Assembly: GCA_963798085.1 (NCBI GenBank)
Contig: CAWCRS010000003.1
Location: forward strand, 1,036,690 to 1,100,689
Length of the DNA stretch: 64,000 nt
From: an uncultured Gemmatimonadales bacterium
Lineage (GTDB): Bacteria; Gemmatimonadota; Gemmatimonadetes; Longimicrobiales; RSA9
Direction of reading: 5' to 3'
Part shown: positions 35,153-45,142 of the stretch, in pieces
Position numbering within the stretch: the stretch's first letter is position 1
How the letters are laid out: the number at the start of each line of letters is the position of its first letter
Notes under the pieces: model-generated
Databases searched by the model: none
What the model was told of the DNA's origin: nothing
The model's input: the letters and a program-made list of their open reading frames with translations, nothing else
Position numbers and translations under genes: made by a program

Positions 35153-36781
35153 TCAGTGTGCCCATGCCGTGCTGGCGCCGGCGGGCATGTGCTGCAGACC
35201 GTAACGCGCCATCTCGCGCAGCCGCTCGGGTGTGCCCACGCTGCCGCTGTAGCAGTGCGGGCGGAAGAGGCCGTACTCGATGTAGGGCTCGTAGTGCGGG
35301 TTCTGCGTGGTCTTCATCCAGGCTTCCAGCTGGCGCACGGCTACGTCGAGGTAATAGGTGTCCATCGAGCCGGCGTAAATGTGGAGTTTGTCCACCAGCT
35401 TCGGTCCGAGTGTGGTCCAGTTGCGCTTCAGGTGCTCGAGCAGGTCGAAGTTATCCTTCCAGTACTGCGCGACGGTGTGATCGATCTTCCCGGTTCGCTT
35501 GTCGAACACGGGCTTGAAGTACCCGTCGTCGCCCATGGGTCCGTACACGGCTTCCCAGATGTCCTGCTGCTCGCCGGAGCGGCCGTGGGTGCCCGAGACC
35601 AGCTCGAAGTAGTTGCGCTGGCGCGAGGTGGTGCGGATGCCGCCATCGGTTTCGCGCGAGTTGGGGATGGGCACGGTGATCCAGCCGCGCGTTCGTTCGT
35701 AGGCGTTGTCGTCCTGGTAGAGGTTGTAGCCTTCGACATTGGTGAAGGTCACCGGATCGGGGCAGTAGGACCAGGTGCCGCCGAAGAAATCCGGATGGAA
35801 GATCTGCAGCGCGAGGGATTCCCAGCCGCCGGTGGAGCCGCCCGAGAGCCAGCGCGCCCAGGGCTGCCGGATCACACGGAATCGCTTCTCCACTTCCGGA
35901 ATCAGCTCCTGGAGCAGGGCATCGCCATAGGGTCCGACGTTCACGGAGTTGACGGCGTAGGAGTCGTCGAAATACGGCGTGGGATGCTGGAACGTGACCA
36001 CGACGACGCGCGGGAAGCCGTCATTCCGCCACTGCTGTCCTAACTCGTTGTTTTCGCTGAAGCCCAGCGGCGGGCGCAGCGAGAAGTGACCCTGATCGTA
36101 GAGCACGGGATAGTGCGTCGTGTCGCTGTCGTAGCCGCGTGGCAGCAACACCGTAGCGCCCAGGTAGATGGGCCGGCCCCAGAACTTTGTCAGCATGGGG
36201 CTCTGAATGCGGAAGCGCTTCACGTATGCGTTGTCCGGCGGTACCTGCACGGGAGGGATCACATGCGTGGCGGTCAGGTCGACGCTCCAGCCCTGTGCGG
36301 GGTCCAGGTGCACCTTGAGCGGGTCGCTGTACAGGTTGCCCGGTGATGTGCGCCACTGCTGGCCCTCCCACTGGTCGTCGTGCATCCAGAGGACCTTGTC
36401 ATCCGCACGTTGGAACTCCGAGTAGCGGTTGACGAAGCCCTGCACCCAGTAATCGCCGGCGGGCAGCATGGCCATGCTGTCGAGCGGGAAGCCGAGGTCG
36501 CTGCCATCGATCGTTCCATAGTCGCCAGCGGCGAGGCGCTCGACATCACGGCCGAAGAAGGGAATCCCGGTGCGCCCGACCTGTAGCCGCGGCTCGCGAT
36601 CGTTCGTCTTCGAGATCATCACGTAGACGCGACCCGTGATCGGCTCGGCAACGGTGCCCGTGCCGGCGCGCACGCGAAAGCGCATGTGCGAGGCCTGGGC
36701 GAGGCCGGTTGCGGGCGCAAGGCCGAGGAGCAGCGCGCAGAGCGCGAACGGGATCGTCGGGGCGGCGGGTGCGGGTCGCAT
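35153..36781 (-). CDS. secreted esterase (alpha/beta hydrolase)
   Basis: Signal peptide; YPVLYDQGH, GGSTGG nucleophile elbow, YAGSMDTYYL. Confidence 0.85.
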   Translation of the reverse strand: MRPAPAAPTIPFALCALLLGLAPATGLAQASHMRFRVRAGTGTVAEPITGRVYVMISKTNDREPRLQVGRTGIPFFGRDVERLAAGDYGTIDGSDLGFPLDSMAMLPAGDYWVQGFVNRYSEFQRADDKVLWMHDDQWEGQQWRTSPGNLYSDPLKVHLDPAQGWSVDLTATHVIPPVQVPPDNAYVKRFRIQSPMLTKFWGRPIYLGATVLLPRGYDSDTTHYPVLYDQGHFSLRPPLGFSENNELGQQWRNDGFPRVVVVTFQHPTPYFDDSYAVNSVNVGPYGDALLQELIPEVEKRFRVIRQPWARWLSGGSTGGWESLALQIFHPDFFGGTWSYCPDPVTFTNVEGYNLYQDDNAYERTRGWITVPIPNSRETDGGIRTTSRQRNYFELVSGTHGRSGEQQDIWEAVYGPMGDDGYFKPVFDKRTGKIDHTVAQYWKDNFDLLEHLKRNWTTLGPKLVDKLHIYAGSMDTYYLDVAVRQLEAWMKTTQNPHYEPYIEYGLFRPHCYSGSVGTPERLREMARYGLQHMPAGASTAWAH

Positions 36782-37253
36782 GATCGTGGCGTCCTTGAAT
36801 GGGTTCGGAATGGGTGAGCATGCGGCAGGGCGGGAAACGAGGCAAGCGGGGGGGACGCGTAATGCGAGCGTGAGTCCACCGACAATCTGATTTCGATACT
36901 CGCTCGAATCACCGCGCAACCGTTTGATCAGCCAGCAAACGGCCAGTGACGCGCTGACAACGAACGGTCACCGTGAGATTGACAATAGGTGTTGACACGG
37001 CCCGTTCTCGAGGCGCCTCGCTGAGTATCGTCCATGATCCTCCTCGCGACGATCAGACGTCAAGCAACGTAGAAGGCAGGGCACAACCGAAACCAGGCTG
37101 CGACGGTCCCCTTCATCGCACGCTCCTGTTCAGCGCGGCTGCCTGACGCTCCGGTTCCGCGGCGGGCCGCGGAGCGGACGTCCACTCGAACCGGTTGTTA
37201 GGCGGCGCACGCAGGCACCAGAGAAACTGCCACCCGGGATCGGCGGGCGGCGC

Positions 37254-38846
37254 TCAGACCACCACCTCCGGCTCCAACCCGGCAGGCGACGCCACGGCTT
37301 CCTCCGGCCCGCCCAGGTAGTCCTCCGGTGCCGTCTCATCCGGGCCGCGCTCGGCGCCCAGGAGGTCCAGCAGCAGCGTGGCGGCCAGCACGACCGCGAT
37401 GTTGAGGAGCACCGAGTAGAACGCCGCGTAGCCGGGGATGGTCAGGCCACCGATGTGGAGCGGGTAGATCGAGCTCTGGAACCGCTGCGCGGCGGCCATG
37501 GCGGTGCCGGTCACAATGCCGACGAGCCAGCCGGCGACGAGCGCCCTGGCGTGAAACCAGCGGGTGAAGAGGCCGCCGACGAGTGCGGGCAGCGTCTGGA
37601 TGATCCACACGCCGCCGAGCAGCTGCAGCTGGATGGCGTACTGCGTGGGCAGGAAGATGATGAAGGCGAGCGCGCCGAGCTTGAGCACGAGCGAAATGTT
37701 CTTGGCGGCGCGCGCCTCCGCAGCGCCGTCCAGCGAGCGGTTGAACCAGTCGCGATAGACGTTGCGCGTGAAGAGGTTGGCGGACGCAATGGACATGATG
37801 GCGGCGGGCACCAGCGCGCCGATGGCGACGGCGGCGAACGCGACACCCACGAACCAGCTGGGGAACTGGTCGAGGAACAGCGCCGGCACGGCGAAGTTCG
37901 GGCCGTAGCGCGCGAAGTACGGGGCGTAGGCCGGATTCGTGTTCACGTGCGCGGCGAAGGCCATGTAGCCGAGCAGCGCGATCAACGCGAGCGCCACCGA
38001 GTAGGCGGGCAGGAGCGACATGTTGCGCTTGATCACGCGGCGGCTGCTGGCGCTGAGCAGCCCGGTCAAGGCGTGCGGGTACAGGAAGAGCGCGAGCGCG
38101 GAGCCGAGCGCGAGCGTGATGTACGCGCTGAAGTTGCCCGGGCTGCCGGCGGCGGGCGGTGCGAGCAGCAGCCTCTCGCGCGGGATCGCGTGGAAGATGG
38201 CGCCGTAGCCGCCCAGGTGCGCGGGGACCACGATCACGGCGGCGATCACGGTGACGTAGATCAGCACGTCCTTCACGAGCGCGATGAGCGCGGGCGCGCG
38301 CAGCCCCGAGCTATACGTGTACGCCGCGAGGATCGCGAAGGCGATGACCAGCGGGATGTCGCCGGCGAGGCCGGTGGCGTGGAAGCCGAGCCCGGCGATC
38401 ACGACCTCAATGCCCACGAGCTGGAGCGCGATGTAGGGCAGGGTCGCGATCATCCCGGTGATCGCTACGGCCAGCGACAGCGTGGGGCTGCCGAAGCGCC
38501 CGGTCACGAAATCCGAGGCCGTGATGTAGCCGTGCCGGTGCGAGACCGACCAGAGCCGGGGGAAAACCAGGAACACGAATGGGTAGACGAGCAGTGTGTA
38601 GGGCACCGCGAAGAAGCCGATCGCGCCCGCACCGAACACGAGCGCGGGCACGGCAATCAGCGTGTAGGCGGTGTAGAGGTCGCCGCCCAGCAGGAACCAT
38701 GTGACCACGGTGCCGAAGCGGCGCCCCGCCAGTCCCCACTCGTCCAGTCGGTTCAGGTCGCCGCGGCGCCACCGTGCGGCCACGAAGCCGAGCACCGTGA
38801 CGAGCGCGAAGAGCAGGACAAAGACCGTCGTCGCCATCCAGTTCAT
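37254..38846 (-). CDS. sodium:solute symporter (MctP-like monocarboxylate permease)
   Basis: EWGLAGRRFG..WFLLGGDLYTAYT, PYIALQLVG, many TM helices; paired with small upstream membrane gene. Confidence 0.9.
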   Translation of the reverse strand: MNWMATTVFVLLFALVTVLGFVAARWRRGDLNRLDEWGLAGRRFGTVVTWFLLGGDLYTAYTLIAVPALVFGAGAIGFFAVPYTLLVYPFVFLVFPRLWSVSHRHGYITASDFVTGRFGSPTLSLAVAITGMIATLPYIALQLVGIEVVIAGLGFHATGLAGDIPLVIAFAILAAYTYSSGLRAPALIALVKDVLIYVTVIAAVIVVPAHLGGYGAIFHAIPRERLLLAPPAAGSPGNFSAYITLALGSALALFLYPHALTGLLSASSRRVIKRNMSLLPAYSVALALIALLGYMAFAAHVNTNPAYAPYFARYGPNFAVPALFLDQFPSWFVGVAFAAVAIGALVPAAIMSIASANLFTRNVYRDWFNRSLDGAAEARAAKNISLVLKLGALAFIIFLPTQYAIQLQLLGGVWIIQTLPALVGGLFTRWFHARALVAGWLVGIVTGTAMAAAQRFQSSIYPLHIGGLTIPGYAAFYSVLLNIAVVLAATLLLDLLGAERGPDETAPEDYLGGPEEAVASPAGLEPEVVV

Positions 38847-38855
38847 GGAGGCCCC

Positions 38856-39065
38856 CTACACGCCGAGACGGTAGGCGACGGCGGTCGCCAGAACAGCCAC
38901 TGCGATCCACACCATCTGGAACCAGTAGAAGAACGGCACGCCGCCGAGGCTCGGCTCGGTGCGGTTGTAGAGCGGTACCCAGAGGGCGACCGCGGAGGTG
39001 GCCAGGAAAGAGATGTAGACCAGCCAGCGCCGCCAGCGGGCGGGACGTCGGGACGGTGACGGCAT
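38856..39065 (-). CDS. DUF3311-type small membrane protein
   Basis: LWVPLYNRTEPSLGGVPFFYWFQ, typical partner upstream of MctP-like symporters. Confidence 0.85.
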   Translation of the reverse strand: MPSPSRRPARWRRWLVYISFLATSAVALWVPLYNRTEPSLGGVPFFYWFQMVWIAVAVLATAVAYRLGV

Positions 39066-39559
39066 CCGCTTCCTCCGTTGCTGTGGTTGGGTGGTGATGC
39101 GTGCTGCCGACGCGCGCGACTCGGGGGCGAACTCGATGGCCGCGATCTACGTCTTGCCGCCGACAGTCTGCCTGTTGTCCTCGGCTCGCGCAACGCGCGC
39201 GCAATCCGAAGATCTCTCGCGTCGCGTCAATGCCGTGTGTTCCCGTCGCTGCAACCGAACCGTATAAGAGCGCGGACCCGGGCTCCGCGCAAACTTCATG
39301 CGGCGGGAAGGGGGACGCGGTCCGGCGTGCCGTGGATAATGCCGACGAGCGTCTTCCTGCAACCGCGCTGAACGGCGACCCTGGTCACCTTGTCGCGCCG
39401 CTCACTCCGGACGCGATTGCGGACGCGGCACTTGCGCGCGTCAACCAACGTGAATTGTCGAGGCCATGGCATCCGCACTTGCCAGGAAGACGTCACACTG
39501 CCGCGGCCGCAACGAGCACGCGATAATGCGGAGTTAATATGGAGATCGTCTGTGGAAGG

Positions 39560-40087
39560 CTACTTCTGACAAACGAGTGTCATTTCCACGTCGACTTTTC
39601 TGCCCTTGCTCGCCGTTCCCCTGACGATCAGGGAGTCGGCGCCATTCGAAGTCCTGACGCGGGTCGCTGTTCCGGGCTCGTTGTATTGTGGCTGATTGGC
39701 GCGAATGACATACGCAGGCGGCGTCCCGTTCTGCCCTACGCGAATTCCGACCGACAGATAGAAGCTGCTGACGGTGGTGCCGCTCTTGAGCGTATCGGCG
39801 TCAAAATTCACTGACGTAACCGCAATCGTCGCGGTGTCATCGGGAAAGGTGACCGCGAACGAATTCGCACGGTGCGGATAGCCGTAATCCGCCAGGCCGC
39901 ATTTGGTGGAGACGCCTGACGCACGGTAGACACCGTTGTAAGCAGTATCGGGATCCCTGGAGATCGTCACCGTCACCGTGGTCGGCCGCAGCATCGTGCT
40001 GTCGGTGGTTTGCGCGTTTGCGGACCCGACCGTGCCGGTCAAGCCGATGAGGCACAACACCACTCGTCCTGCCACCGATTGCGGCAT
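39560..40087 (-). CDS. hypothetical secreted protein
   Basis: GAGGAGG RBS, signal peptide, beta-rich sequence. Confidence 0.75.
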   Translation of the reverse strand: MPQSVAGRVVLCLIGLTGTVGSANAQTTDSTMLRPTTVTVTISRDPDTAYNGVYRASGVSTKCGLADYGYPHRANSFAVTFPDDTATIAVTSVNFDADTLKSGTTVSSFYLSVGIRVGQNGTPPAYVIRANQPQYNEPGTATRVRTSNGADSLIVRGTASKGRKVDVEMTLVCQK

Positions 40088-40386
40088 TCATCCTCCTCGT
40101 GTGTGAATCGGGCCTCGACCCATCCGTGATTTACGGGGTCGTCCGATGGAATCGCGTTCGCAGCCGAGTGTACTGGTGCTCGTCGAGTCGTCGCAGCAGG
40201 ATACGCAACGGATCCGGACCGCCGGTGGCTCGCAGGGACAGGCTCGCGTCGCAAGGTGCCGTGTCGGCTCGCAGCGTGCTCCGATGCCGTCGTCAGAGGC
40301 CGGGGCATTGCCTGCCGTGATGGAAGGGTTTCAGCACGCGCTGCCGCGAGAATGAGACTGCGCCCGCGGCTCCCGCGGTGCGGAGT

Positions 40387-40773
40387 TCACTGTCCATCGG
40401 GTGGTTGCCACAGCTCGATCTTGTTGCCCTCCGGGTCGATCACCCAGCCGAACTTTCCGTACTCGGATTCGTCGACCTTCTCGTCCACCTGCACGCCTTC
40501 CGATCGCAGTGCCGCCAGCAGCCCCTGCAGGTCAGCGACGCGGTAGTTGACCATGAACGCTGCCGCGCTCGGAGCGAAGTGCTTCGTGTCGGCAGGAAAC
40601 AGGCTCCACGCCGTCGTCCCGATGCCTTGCGGATTGTCCGGACCATTCCAGTCGAATGACGCGCCGCCCCAGGCCTGGACATCGATTCCCAGGTGGGTCC
40701 TGTACCAGGCACCCAGAGCCTTCGGATCCTTCGCTTTGAAGAAGATGCCACCGATACCCGTGACGCGCTTCAT
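40387..40773 (-). CDS. VOC/glyoxalase family protein
   Basis: MKRVTGIGGIFFK..MVNYRV..YGKFGWVIDPEGNKIELWQP. Confidence 0.92.
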   Translation of the reverse strand: MKRVTGIGGIFFKAKDPKALGAWYRTHLGIDVQAWGGASFDWNGPDNPQGIGTTAWSLFPADTKHFAPSAAAFMVNYRVADLQGLLAALRSEGVQVDEKVDESEYGKFGWVIDPEGNKIELWQPPDGQ

Positions 40774-41122
40774 GATTCACTCCCGCTCAGAGGTGTGGCT
40801 GCGCCTCTCCTGCGCGGCCCGGCGCAGCACACGAGCCGCGCGCTGTGACAATGGCTATCAAGATACTCCCTTCCCGGGCACACGGCTGCCGCGTGCTGTC
40901 TGCTCCATGCGCATGTCAGATGGCGGCCTGGCCTCCCTGCGGACCGATGCCCGCGGAGCGCGATCATGGTGCTTCTCCCGGCTTCGACTGATGATCCATC
41001 ACTCGAGGACAACGCGGGCGGTCGATATCGGTGCGGACTCGTAGCAGTCGGCCCTGTAAAGTTGGGCGTCAATGGCACCGTGTCCACACAGCGGCCTGGT
41101 GGACGCGTGCGGGAGAACCACG

Positions 41123-41578
41123 TCAGCCGAGGTAGGGGGCAATGAAAGTCCGGAAGCCATCGTCGTACCCATCCCGGAATTCTCGCCAGGCGGCTCTCAT
41201 GGCCTGTCTCCGGCCCACCCGCTCGATCAGAAAATTCAGCTCCGCCCAGTGGTGGTCCTCAATGAGGCCCTTCCTGTGCATGTGGTAGTAGTGATTCCAT
41301 CCGGAGATCGCTCTCCACTCGAAGAAGATCAGCCGCCGCAGATCGACGGGATCGAGTTCGCCAAAACCCTCGCCGCCGCGGATCCACAGTGCTGTCAACT
41401 CGCGGTCGGCGATCGCTGGCGCCAGCAGCTCGGTCCTCCAGCGCACGAACTCCTGCGACTGGGTGCTGCGCACCACCTGCGTGCCCTGGCGGACCTGCGA
41501 GGCCAGGTACAGGAGAGCAATGACTGTCGCAACTGCCGCGATCAGGTCGGCCAGACTGCCAAGATCCTGAATTGTCAT
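41123..41578 (-). CDS. hypothetical protein with N-terminal TM helix
   Basis: MTIQDLGSLADLIAAVATVIALLYLASQVR; RBS present. Confidence 0.75.
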   Translation of the reverse strand: MTIQDLGSLADLIAAVATVIALLYLASQVRQGTQVVRSTQSQEFVRWRTELLAPAIADRELTALWIRGGEGFGELDPVDLRRLIFFEWRAISGWNHYYHMHRKGLIEDHHWAELNFLIERVGRRQAMRAAWREFRDGYDDGFRTFIAPYLG

Positions 41579-41755
41579 CCGGGCCTCTGAGGTGCGATCT
41601 CGAGTTGCTGCTGAGCATGATGCTCACCAGGAGCGCGAGCCGCATCGCTGGCTTTCCGGAGCCGGCGACCGAGCACGTGCCTCGCTGCTCGCGCGTTGCA
41701 GGTCCATCCCGTTGCGCCGGGTGTCAGGCCCGACTCTGTCGGTGTGGGGCCGGAA

Positions 41756-41923
41756 CTACTCCTGCCTGACGATATCGACCGAGATCTCCACTGCCGGAAC
41801 GGTTCCTCTGTTCTCCAGCCAGTGTGTGGTGTTCCTGCCCTCGATCTCAGGGCCAAGGTCAACCGTCGCCAGGAGCTTCACCGTGACACCCTTCGTCTCA
41901 GGTGCCACCTGTTCGTTGCTCAT
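41756..41923 (-). pseudogene. cupin gene remnant with central in-frame deletion
   Basis: MSNEQVAPETKGVTVKLLATVDLGPEIEG|RNTTHWLENRGTVPAVEISVDIVRQE (55 aa), strong RBS; cupin-like ends but first cupin motif missing. Confidence 0.6.
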
Positions 41924-42149
41924 CCTTCCTCTCCTGTCGTTGCTTCCACGGTATGCCGCCTTGCGCTCAGTCGCGAGCGCGAAGTCGATGCGACCTTTCC
42001 ATGATCGGTCCGCCGCGCGTCGTGAGACGCAGCGTGGTCGAGCTGCCGCGCTCAGCCCGCTCTCGAACAGCGTCCGATGCTGAGTCCCGTTTCATCAGCC
42101 TCCGGCCACGCGTCGGCAGGGAAACCCGACGTCCCGGTAACCCGGCGAG

Positions 42150-42695
42150 CCTGATCGAGGAGACGACGGTCGTGCGCCACGACCGCCACGACCGCCCGCA
42201 ATGCGTCAATGACACGAAGACGGACAAACAGCGCAACGGGCCAGCCGATTCGAATTCGATGCTGACCGACAGTGTTCGCGCGGGCCGGCCACATCCTCCG
42301 GATAGCGCGATACGTACAGACGCACGATGAGCGAGCCGTACGAGCGCGCAACCAGCACGACCGGCAGATGCACGGAAAGGTGATGCAGCAGCGCATGCAG
42401 ATCCGTGACGGCATGGGGCACGGAATGATCCGCGGGACCCGTTTCGGAGCGACCAAAGCCGGCACGCGAATACGCGATCGCCGTTGTGTACTCGGAGAGC
42501 AGGCGCACCATCGGCAAGCATGCGTCCAGCGAGTCGGCGAGCCCCGTTTCGTACGGTCGCTCCCGCCGGCAACGCCTCGGCCCAAGCCCGAACTGTCGCG
42601 GCACCGATCGCGTCGCCGGCAACAGGGCGTTTACCGCGTCGCGCAAGGAAGATCCCGGCAATGCCTTCGTAACCATTCGAGGAATCTGCGGTCAT
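42150..42695 (-). pseudogene. chimeric remnant: SAM-methyltransferase-like N-terminus joined to an alpha/beta-hydrolase fragment
   Basis: MTADSSNGYEGIAG...VRAWAEALPAGATV stops before GxG; then AYSRAGFGRSE..LVARSYGSLIVRLYVSRYPEDVAG in another frame. Confidence 0.55.
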
Positions 42696-42769
42696 TCGTT
42701 CCTCGCGCGCTCGAACGCACCCGGGTCGACCTGCGCGCTGAGCACCGTCGATACGCCCGCGTTGCAAAG

Positions 42770-43507
42770 CTATTGTCCGTCGGAAGAAGCGAGGTTATGG
42801 AACACCTTCTGGACGTCGTCGTCCTGTTCGAGCTGGTCCAGCACTTCCAACACTTTGTTACCCTGTTCTTCCGGTAACTGCACAGGATTGAGTGCCACGT
42901 ACTCGAGCTCCGCGGATATGGGGATGATGGCCCGCTCCTCGAGCGCTCGCTGCAACTGGCCGAAATCCTGGAATGAGCAACGGATCACGAGCTGCGGTTC
43001 GTCCTTCTCACCGGTGCTCTCGCCCATCTCTTCGAGTCCATGATCGATCAGGTCGAGCTCGAGAGAGTCGGCGTCGATCCCGCCAGGATTCAGGCGGAAC
43101 ACGCCCATGTGCCTGAAGGCGAAGGCGACACTGCCCGCGGAGCCGAGACTGCCACCGCCATGGTTGAAGTGCGAGCGCAGGTTGGCGACCGTGCGTGTGG
43201 GGTTGTCCGTTGCGGCCTCGACGAGTACGGCCACGCCATGCGGCGCGTATCCCTCATAGAGGATCTCCTCGTAGACGGCGGCATCCTGCCCCGCTGCCCG
43301 CTTGATCGCCGCCTCTACCTTGTCCTTGGGCATGTTGACGGCGCGCGCATTCTGGATGATTCGCCGGAGCGCGGGGTTGTTCTCTGGAACGGGGCCGCCT
43401 GCCTTCACCGCGATCGTGATGTCCTTTCCGATGCGCGCGAACTGCTTGGCCATCCGGTCCCAGCGGCGAAACATCGTCGCTTTCCTGGTCTCGAAGATCC
43501 GTCCCAT
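42770..43507 (-). CDS. yebC: YebC/PmpR family protein
   Basis: [62 protein letters not shown]. Confidence 0.93.
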   Translation of the reverse strand: MGRIFETRKATMFRRWDRMAKQFARIGKDITIAVKAGGPVPENNPALRRIIQNARAVNMPKDKVEAAIKRAAGQDAAVYEEILYEGYAPHGVAVLVEAATDNPTRTVANLRSHFNHGGGSLGSAGSVAFAFRHMGVFRLNPGGIDADSLELDLIDHGLEEMGESTGEKDEPQLVIRCSFQDFGQLQRALEERAIIPISAELEYVALNPVQLPEEQGNKVLEVLDQLEQDDDVQKVFHNLASSDGQ

Positions 43508-44153
43508 CTGATCCTTCGCTGGAATCCCTGAACAGGTGGTGTGTGTCCGACGGGCCGCACGCGAAATGCGGCCCGACGACTCGGGCTCGCTTGAACGCAA
43601 AGGTAGAGCGACTGTTCCCGGGGTGTAAGATCAGTGCGTCAGGATCTGGCGCACGGGTTGCCCGGTCCAACGCTCGAAAAGGTCACCCTAGAACGCGGGA
43701 ACAACTCCGTCAGCGCCTGGATCGCCCCCGTGCAGACGCAGGAACCAGACGAGCCTCACGATCGGACCGGCAGCATGGCGCCACGGATCCGCGTCTTCCC
43801 CACCAGCAGAGAAACCAGGTCGGTATCCCGCGCGCCCGGCACCGGCCGCTGCCAGTCGATCACCCAATGGACCGCCATCCACCAGGAAGACCTGATCTGC
43901 CTTCAGACCCCGTGCGTGAACGTCGCGTCGCGGGTGACGGCCTCGAGCGTCTCGCGGGTGTCGGCCCAGTCTCGAAACCCATCTACCGCGCGGCAGGGGA
44001 TCCGCTCGAAGCGCCTGCGGCGACCAACGCCCTCGAGCTCGGCATCGGCGTGCATGGGAAGCTGGTCAAACACGGCGTTATGGCCGGCCATCTCACGGAC
44101 GTAGACCCAATGGCGTTCCGCTGTCGGTGTTCGCCAGGGCAGACCGCGAAATT

Positions 44154-44783
44154 CTAGCGTCGCACCACGGTCGCGACAATGCGACTTGTCCCGTCCGCCG
44201 CGATCCGGCGGACGCGCGGCACCATCGCGCGGCGGTCGTCGGATGCTGCGCCAGTGAATTCGAGCACATAGACATTGCTGCCATGCAGCGCGACTCCCGT
44301 CGGCGACCACGGCGCTTCCGTCTGGAAGAGGGTGGAGACGCGGCCGTCGGGTGTGATCCGGAGAACACTCCCACATCCCGTGGCTGCCACGTAGACCGTG
44401 CCGGTGCTGTCAACAGCAAGTCCGCGCAGGAGCGGGCGATCGGCTGGACCCATGCCGGGAACGGAACCGCAGTTGGCCGGCGAAACGTTCTGCGCCACGG
44501 TGGACACGCGGCCCTCTCGGCTCAGGCGACGGATCGCGTTGAACTCCGTGTAGTACAGCCAGCCATCGGGACCGGCAGCCAGGTCGTTCAGATCGCGTAT
44601 CGGCGTCAGCGCACCGTGCGTGTCGATTTTCCATACGCCGGAGACCATGTCGACGAAATAGATCTGGCCCAGCCGGTCGACGACAATGCCGGTCCCGGGA
44701 TGCGCCGTAAGGGAGACGGGGAGCAGAATGGCCGCCGTCAGCGCGCATGCCAGGCCGCGGACCCTTCGGGTCATGCGGTGCAT
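44154..44783 (-). CDS. NHL/SMP-30-like beta-propeller protein, possibly internally deleted
   Basis: Signal peptide, HPGTGIVVD, LAAGPDG, RGLAVDSTGTVYVA, WSPTGVA; short for a complete propeller. Confidence 0.7.
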   Translation of the reverse strand: MHRMTRRVRGLACALTAAILLPVSLTAHPGTGIVVDRLGQIYFVDMVSGVWKIDTHGALTPIRDLNDLAAGPDGWLYYTEFNAIRRLSREGRVSTVAQNVSPANCGSVPGMGPADRPLLRGLAVDSTGTVYVAATGCGSVLRITPDGRVSTLFQTEAPWSPTGVALHGSNVYVLEFTGAASDDRRAMVPRVRRIAADGTSRIVATVVRR

Positions 44784-45142
44784 CGAAGACCTCTCCGGAG
44801 TGAGGTGAGCTCGGTCGCCCCGATTGGATGCCGAATGGGGGTGCAAGGGTTTGAGAGAGTGAGCGAATCCATTCTGCACACGTCTGCCGGTCCGGCGACC
44901 TGTCGGTTGCACGTCTGTTCGTAAGGATCGGATCGGCGGACGGCGCGGAACTGGCGGCACCGGCCACGGTCCGATTCCAGTCATGGCTCAACACCAAGCC
45001 CTTTGACGCGCCAGGTTGTCCCTATTGGCCTGAAGCGCGTTGGGTGAGGGCCGCCAATCCAGCAGGCGACTACTCCACGCGTTGCGTGCGAGTGGAGACT
45101 GCGTTCGTGCGTGCCGGGTGCGCGCAGCCGGGCCACGCCCCG

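Noticed and set aside
36970..37130. Riboswitch or promoter (two TTGACA hexamers)
   Set aside because: No properly spaced -10, no downstream plus-strand gene, no convincing riboswitch consensus.
43680..44100. Possible gene remnant between yebC and the NHL gene
   Set aside because: Coding-like in patches but no recognisable family or consistent frame.
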